A stretch of 64,000 nt of DNA from Isurus oxyrinchus (Eukaryota): the NCBI GenBank assembly GCA_026770705.1, contig JANJGN010000385.1, positions 248,001 through 312,000 of the forward strand, written 5' to 3'. Numbering within the stretch: the first letter of the stretch is position 1; each line of letters starts with the position of its first letter. Shown here piece after piece: positions 57,901-64,000 of the stretch. The notes beneath the pieces are model-generated. The model did no database searches. It was not told the DNA's origin and worked only from the letters and a program-made list of their open reading frames with translations. A program made the translations under genes and the position numbers.

Positions 57901-60900
57901 CTTGACATGCTATTGAGGAAACATGGATGCTGCTTAGCATGGAAGGTATGAAGAAAATTTGCATTTTTATCTCAATGAAGGGGTTGTTAGATTTCAAAGG
58001 AATCTTAGCTTGTTTACAACTAGGCAGATAAGCAAGACTAAGGAATGTGTTTATTTTTCTCAAAGGCTCCTGGCAATATGGGCACCACGAAAGAATTTGT
58101 TATGAGGAAGATACAGTTTCAAAAACATTTGGAACAATAGAATTTTCATGTTACAAAGAGAGAAATATATATCTATCAGGGAGAATGAAAGGCTATGTGT
58201 CAGAATGCCATGTAAGATCTAACACGAGTGTGTGATATAGTCTTAATGAAACCTCTAGCATTTGTGCACAAGCCTGCTATCCAACAGAACTGAAGTTGGG
58301 GAAAAGCCACTTGGAATTCCTCTGTGCAGGGTATTGCTTTTATATTGTCTTAACTTGCTGAGTTTGTTTTAAATATAAAGTCTATTTTCGGACCGTTGCC
58401 TTAAAGGGAGTGTAACTGGGAGTCAGGTTAATTTGGAATTTTAAGAATTATTATAGTGGTAATTGTAGAGTTATGTATGTGCTTGAAATCTTTTATTTTG
58501 AGAGCAAGAATTTTAATTTAATTTTCAAATCTCTAAAGGTCTTGGTGTAATTATTGCTTCTGAATTCAGTGCACACATCTCATAATAAATACAAATTGCA
58601 AAATCATTATGATAGTGTGACCACCATTCTCTCATGGACTTGGTCTGCCTGGCACACATCACCTGCCAAGTGATAACACTGTTGTAATATGCCTTTCAGG
58701 GACAGCAGCATGACATCACTCGAGGGGAAGTGTGTCATGTGATTTTAGAACTGGGGATAGCTTAAGTAAGTTCTATGTGTATTTGTGTGTGTTAGGGATA
58801 AGGTCTATCTTTAAGTTCAAGTTTAGTTTGATTTCTGTATTTGTGTGTTAAGAAAGGGGGAAACTTCAGTTTTGGTTTCATTTTCGTTTAGCAATCTAAT
58901 GGGGTTTGATGTCTCTTGAAGGAAAGTCAAAACAAACACAAGGTGTAAGAAACTGTGCTGTTGCTAAGCAACAGTGATCCAGAGGGACGGACCCATAGAG
59001 ACAGAGAAAAACAGAAATGTGCTTTCAGTTTGGTTGAAAGGAGTTGCCAGGAGAAGCAGCAAAGGAGCGGGACAGATAGTCAGTCCCAAAGTAAAGAAGA
59101 AGCCAAAACTATCGAGTGGAACAGGAGAAAGAGCCAAGAAGACCTTCTACTCCAAAGAAGATCAGGAATCTGAAAAAGGTCCTGTTAAGTCGAGATAAGA
59201 TTGAGGAGCAGAGGAGGGATCCAAGCTAAAAGAGAAAAAGCAAAAGGACACAGACATAAAGCAAAAAAGGCTGATTAGAAGCCAGAAGATCATAGGAGAC
59301 AGCCAAATGTTGATGTCTTCTTACTATGACCATGTGAAGCCATGGTGTTCCATTGGCATGACTGAGCATTGGAGAGACAACGCGTAGAAGGAAGGCTGAA
59401 TGCATGTGGCGATCCAGGGGGCAGGAACATGGGAAGGAGAGTTTGAAATCGTGGAAGTGGACCCTTGTGGAAGGTGTCTGAGTGAAAGTGTCATGTTAGA
59501 GAAGATTCCAAAGAGAGCACTTGACGAGTAGAGATTGGAAACTCTCATGTGAAAGATACAGTTTTGTAAGACCAGTTGCCTCATGGTGAAACAAGTGTCT
59601 GGAGTCAGTTGAGCTGAAACCCATAGCATTTGTTCCAATTGGGGTCTATCACTTGGTTACAGAATGTGGTGTCCCTGACACCAGGTCGTCTATTGGTTTG
59701 CATGAACTGTGTACTTAGTGTGAACATGAGAGTATAAGATAGTTATTGTAACTTGTGTTATCCTTATGAATCTGTAAATGTATAGGTCTGGGTGAAGGAG
59801 TAATGTCATATAGTTTGTCTTTCCTAGTTTAATAAATGTTTTATTCTTTTGTTAGAAGGTCATCAGATGATTCCTGTGACTCTGTTCAGTAGCAGCACTC
59901 CACATTCCTAAATAAAAAATAAAAGTTAGGACGTATCAAGCTGAGTTCCACCCTGGGATCTGACTTGCCCAGTAGTAACATCAGCTGGGATGATAACACC
60001 ATCCAGTCCAAGTTTCACTTTGGCCTGTGAGCAGAACACAGCTCACACAGTTTGGCTGCAGGTGTCTCCCAGCTTTCTATCCTTGTATATCTGTTCTCAT
60101 GTCCCCATTCTAAATAACTGAACCCACAATGTATTTACCCAATTCCGTATCAGTGGCTGGTGCCTTTATATCATTATAAAAACACAACATGGTGATCAGC
60201 GGTGGCCAAACATTCTGGCAGCAGGATTCAGTACAGGTATGACATGGTGAACAGCCTGAGATCGAGCTACATGACATGAGACGACCCTCGACGCTTTGGT
60301 CAGACCAGAACAGAGACACAGCATCAGAGAGGGTTGAAATCGCAGTGTACTGACTGCTCAGGAAACCTTTGAAGACACAGTGACGGGACAGAGCACAAGT
60401 AAAGAGCTGGGGAGCAGACGGATCCCTCGTGGTGAGATTACAGCACACGGCCTGTAGGTCAGTGAGTGGGACAGTGTGTATCGCCAGGACCAGCAGCGGG
60501 TTAGCTCAGTCAGGGAAGGCGAGTGACCAGGGTGTGGGCTGGATCGATAGTGAGCGAGGGAGAGTCAAACACACAAAAACCATTATAAAAATCAGCCCAG
60601 AGAAGTTAGTGATTATAACGGGCGGCTTCGAGATTGCTGAACAGCAAATTGAATAAAAAACAAAGACTCCTTTACTCTGTGGTGTGTTCCTGCCACAACC
60701 CGTCTCCGTGGGCGGAGCTTCGGAAAAGCGCACGAAAGGGGCTAAAGCGACACTCATCCCAGATCCTGTAGGAGAAGGAAGGTCAAAGGAATATTGTCAG
60801 AATGTCCACGAAATTCCCCAGTTTGAACTGGGATGTAGCTGAACGACTATCTGAATTCAGAATGTTTAAACAGCGTACAGAGCTCTGGTTTCCTGATTCA

Positions 60901-63395
60901 GCTGTGACTGAACCAGACGAGCCACCCATAAAAATTCACCTCGCGATTGGGAATGAAGGTCTACACAGGCTGAACACCTCAGGATTAACAGCAGAAGAGC
61001 GAAAGGATCCCCAATAGATATGGACGACATTGGAAGACAGGTTCAGAATCACGTTAAACTTCATATTCATCAACTAGAGTTTATGTCATTTCATCAGCTT
61101 ACACAATCCATAGACCACTTCATCAGCCGATGTAGAGAAAAGGGTACGCACTGTGATTTCAAACACAGAGCCTGCAGACAGAGTTGTTGAGTTGGTGATC
61201 GCATCCACTCCCATGGAAGCCTTCCAGAAAGATCTGCTAGATAAGACCAAAACCTACAGCATTGAAGAGCTACTCAAGGATGGACATAAATACGAAGTGA
61301 TCCTCGCAGGTCAACGAAGCTTACAGGTCCTCAGTACAACATCAATTGTTGACACACTCACTAGAACATCCAGACCTAGTGAGACGTGTGGAAGGTGTGG
61401 CCTTCTGCAGGCACCAAGGAAATGCCCAGCTTTCCACCAATCCTGCAAGGCTTGTGGCAGAAAGGGCCATTGACAGCGGCAGGGCACTAGAGCAAAGGCT
61501 GATGCCGCTACAGAGAGCCGTGCGCTGATCCAAACTAACCCTACACAACGGGGAACCTTCAAGCAATAAGAATGACCATCCGCTATCCCATCAGGAACAT
61601 ATACATGTGGTGACTGACAAACCAGGAAATGGCGATGATGTGCACGGTGAGACGAGGAGCGGTGATCGATATTCTACCTCTCACACATATCCTGACGTGG
61701 CTTGCCAATAAATTGTGGATTGAGGTCTTTATTGATCTCTCTGAGCACATCAAATAAACTGAAAATGTCCCAAGGGGTGGGATTTGCTGGCCCCACCCAC
61801 TGCCAGGATTGTCTGGACCAGCCGAAAGCCAAAGGATTTATGTCTGTCCCAGTCTCAGAAACTACTCCATCACCTCAGTTCATGACATAACATTGAAATA
61901 TGCAGAAAGTTTCAACAATATTGGCAATTTCAAGGGAGCTGGAACATCACACCTGCAGGAGAATGCAAGTCTGTCAGACTCCTTGCATTTAAATAATTGC
62001 AATCCAACTTTGCCATTCTATCTTCTGCCAATAATTTCTCTGCCTTCCAGGTTCATTTGCTCTCTCTTCTAATTTTGGCTGTGCATCTCCCTTTGGTCAA
62101 CCTCTTCTTGGGATCCCATCCCCTGCCATGTTAGTTTAAAGCCTCCCCAGTTGCATCAAGGGTAAAATGCCAATTGAAACAAGTGGCAACATCGAAGAAT
62201 GACAATCCCACAGATCAATTTGAGCAATTAAAGACACCTCCAGACAAGGTTCCCACCACAAGACCTGGGCGTAACAGCAGATTACCTCTATGCTTTAGAG
62301 ACTTAAATATTCAACAGATCTATACATTTATGTAATTGTCAAGAATTATGAAAATGATACCAGAAACCTCTTGTTCCCTGTCCTTGTCAAAGATCCATCC
62401 CTGCAGCGGGAGCCTGAAGAGTTATTGATGTGGGGCTTAATTTGTCAGATTGTAGAATGATCTGGAACAGAAGGAAGCCATTTGGTCCATCGAGCCTGCG
62501 CTGGGCCTTTGAAAGATCTGTCCAATTAGTCCCACTCTCACCTCTGCTCTCTCCTCCACAGCCCTGCAAAATGTCTCCTTCAAGTATTTATCCAGTTCCC
62601 CTTCTGAAAGTTCCTGTTGAATCTGCTTCCACCGCCCTTTCAGGCAGTGAGTCAATGGTCTCTCTCTGAGCTGCAAAGTGATAATATTCTGTGAAATTTA
62701 AACTCTGCAGCAGATCAGAAACAATCATGATAACTCAGAATATTTGACAGTTTTACACACAGACAGCTTTACCTTCCTTCCCTCTTTCAGTTATCTTGCT
62801 CCCTTATTGAAGTATCTAGCAAGGTGAGAATGGACAGGAAGTGTGACACTGAACAGCCTGTCTATTCTAGGAGCTGCTGTGTTGTCTTCATGGGAAATTC
62901 TGATTAAAATCAGCAAAAGACACAAAATTTCAGGGCATTGTTATCCGAGTCCCAGCATCAGGATAGACCTCATCCCCCAGTTGGTATTCCTGATTCTCTA
63001 TTCAGCGGATCGCTCCCCTGTCACTGGCTGAACTACACTGACTCCCAGTACAGCAATGTCTCAAATTTCAAATTCTCATCATCGATTTCTTACCCCACCA
63101 TCCCCCCTCTACACTCTCTATCTGTGTAACCTCCTCCAACCCTAAAACCCTCTGAGATCTCTGCTCTCCTCCAATTCTGCTGTCAGACAGGGAGTCAGTG
63201 TATATCAGTGAGCACAGGGGTGATGGGTGAATGGGACTTGGTGTGTGTTTGTACACTGGCTCACTGCTGAATCGTTTCCCAATCACAGCTCAATAAGAAT
63301 GATCTTTTACAAAGACTATTAACCATAAATCTGTCCAAGCTGATGATGTTATTACCTTGGAGAAGTGACAGGAGGAAGTAAGATTTCCCGATCAT
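45775..63395 (-). CDS. Intact Siglec-like gene E, SP-V7-V6-C2-Ig-TM (about 500 aa, multi-exon span), predicted activating sialic acid-binding Ig-like lectin
   Basis: Exons 63395-63356, 57349-56975, 52846-52478, 51162-50866, 47934-47653 and 45914-45775 are all open, GT-AG and phase 1, summing to 1503 nt. Confidence 0.85.
47653..47934 (-). CDS. Third Ig (I/C2-set) exon: DAPRNLSITSP..VIICSVESFPASNLMW..DTGEYQCVAENEHG..ITVE
   Basis: 282 nt, canonical C, W and DxGxYxC motifs, acceptor tttttag, donor gtgagt. Confidence 0.92.
48070..48410 (+). repeat. 33-bp minisatellite array in the C2-Ig intron
   Basis: Tandem units. Confidence 0.92.
48670..48880. mobile_element. Penelope-like pseudo-LTR inverted pair (hairpin)
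   Basis: caggtctggcagcatcgg..tttcgagtcctcatgacc is followed by its reverse complement ggtcatgaggactcgaaac..ccgatgctgccagacctg. Confidence 0.75.
49000..50680 (+). mobile_element. Decayed CR1 LINE ORF2
   Basis: NWGKANF, MANVVPLLKKGGRDRSGNYRPVSLTSVVGK, QHGFVKGRSCLTNLI, SGVPQGSVLG. Confidence 0.93.
50866..51162 (-). CDS. Siglec C2-set exon, copy 5
   Basis: 297 nt, donor gtaagt, one amino-acid difference from copy 1. Confidence 0.93.
51430..51740 (+). mobile_element. Short decayed CR1 3' fragment
   Basis: ctgttctcttgaacagagaaggttgaagggtgac..ttcaggaggaacttctttacccagagagtgg. Confidence 0.7.
52478..52846 (-). CDS. Siglec V-set exon V6 (intact, YFFRIE)
   Basis: 369 nt open, begins AEPSQEW, and has an extra Cys in NPSCLEN. 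Confidence 0.92.
52903..53700 (+). mobile_element. CR1 LINE 3' fragment (paralog of 11885-12700)
   Basis: Near-identical to the V2-V1 intron copy. Confidence 0.9.
54580..55010 (+). repeat. 37-bp minisatellite
   Basis: Same unit as 13570-14310, with a different array length. Confidence 0.85.
55040..56715 (-). mobile_element. L2-like LINE RT fragment interrupted by a Penelope-like insertion
   Basis: Paralog of 14340-15290, containing LLVLLDLSAAFDTLDH. Confidence 0.88.
55510..56219. mobile_element. Penelope-like insertion with inverted arms and a 14-bp TSD
   Basis: Arms at about 55510-55808 and 55870-56175 are reverse complements. ctggatgtcggata occurs at 55496-55509 and 56220-56233, and as a single copy at 14796-14809. 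Confidence 0.85.
56975..57349 (-). CDS. Siglec V-set exon V7 (distal type, YLFRTD, E-strand Cys replaced by Ser)
   Basis: 375 nt open, acceptor ccctag, donor gtaaat. Confidence 0.85.
57753..59998. mobile_element. Two adjacent LTR-like elements (57753-58678; 58683-59998)
   Basis: TG...CA termini, paralogous to 16157-17877. Confidence 0.65.
60000..61975 (+). mobile_element. Decayed Gypsy-type retrotransposon (gag with zinc knuckle)
   Basis: MSTKFPSLNWD..EFRMFKQR and CGRCG..CPA..CKACGRKGH. Duplicate of 17880-19856. Confidence 0.8.
63356..63395 (-). CDS. Signal-peptide exon of gene E (MIGKSYFLLSLLQ)
   Basis: 40 nt, phase-1 donor gtaat, exon acceptor at 63438. Confidence 0.87.
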
Positions 63396-63617
63396 TGTCC
63401 ACTCCCAGATATTTCATTAGCTTCTGACTCTCAAACTCTGAAAGAGAAAGGAGTTAATGAGACCTCACCTCTTGTCCGACAGCTCTCAAGAGATCAGAAC
63501 TGCTTTTGGACAATGTCTTGACAGACTAATTTAATTCTCTGTGGGATGATAAGTGCTCTGCAGAGAGTTACAAGGCTTTAAGAAAGAAAAACATTGAAGG
63601 ATTTGCATTTCTAAAGC

Positions 63618-63911
63618 ACCTTTCAGCGATCTCCCTGAGGCAGCACTTAGCCTCAGGGTGATGTGGGCTTTATCATGCGCATGTGTGACAGAGCGCACTC
63701 ACGCATTTGGGGAATGTCCCCACCCCCACCCCCCACCCCCGGCCCACACAGGAAGGGCATAGCCCTTCCCGCCGGACATCATGCTGGGTGGGCCTTAATT
63801 GGCACGCCCGCTTAAAATGGCGGCGGGTCCCGCTTCTCCGGTGGGGATTGGCTCCCCGCCCGCTGGAGATTGGGTCAGGCCCACCTGCTCGACAGGCTGG
63901 AAATTCAGCCC
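63618..63911. mobile_element. Partial copy of the MITE at 42344-42980
   Basis: Near-identical to 42687-42980, including the right TIR and the aat flank. Confidence 0.85.
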
Positions 63912-64000
63912 AATGTCTTCACAGACTAATTTGATTCTCTGTGGGATGATAGTTGCTCTGCAGAGAGTTACAAGGCTTTAAGAAAGAAAAACAATGAAAG

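Noticed and set aside
45775-63395. Assigning a specific symbol such as MAG, CD22, CD33 or SIGLEC14
   Set aside because: Domain number and tail do not match MAG or CD22, and one-to-one orthology cannot be established by eye.

Overview
This is vertebrate genomic DNA, most likely from a shark or other elasmobranch (inferred from the repeat content: CR1 and L2 LINEs, a Deu-type SINE, Penelope-like fragments). The window is dominated by a tandem cluster of Siglec-like (CD33/MAG-type) immune receptor genes on the minus strand. I traced 4 signal-peptide exons, 7 V-set exons, 5 near-identical C2-set exons, 1 intact and 2 decayed third-Ig exons, and 3 transmembrane/tail exons, all joined by phase-1 introns. 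They form four units. (E) An intact gene, SP-V-V-C2-Ig-TM, about 500 aa, 63395->45775. (D) A pseudogene, 42224->39381. (C) A gene with a 1-bp frameshift in its V exon, 37810->33103. (A/B) A predicted in-frame fusion gene, SP-V-C2-V-V-C2-TM, about 631 aa, 28965->9455, created by a microhomology deletion at about 24727. All three TM exons encode an intramembrane Arg and a 12-aa Tyr-free tail ending RQTV, which predicts activating, adaptor-coupled receptors. V exons are hypervariable in the predicted glycan-binding loops, while C2 exons are almost invariant. The rest of the window is transposon relics, 33-bp and 37-bp minisatellites, and segmental duplications. Exon boundaries were read by eye from splice signals and paralog comparison, and repeat boundaries are approximate.
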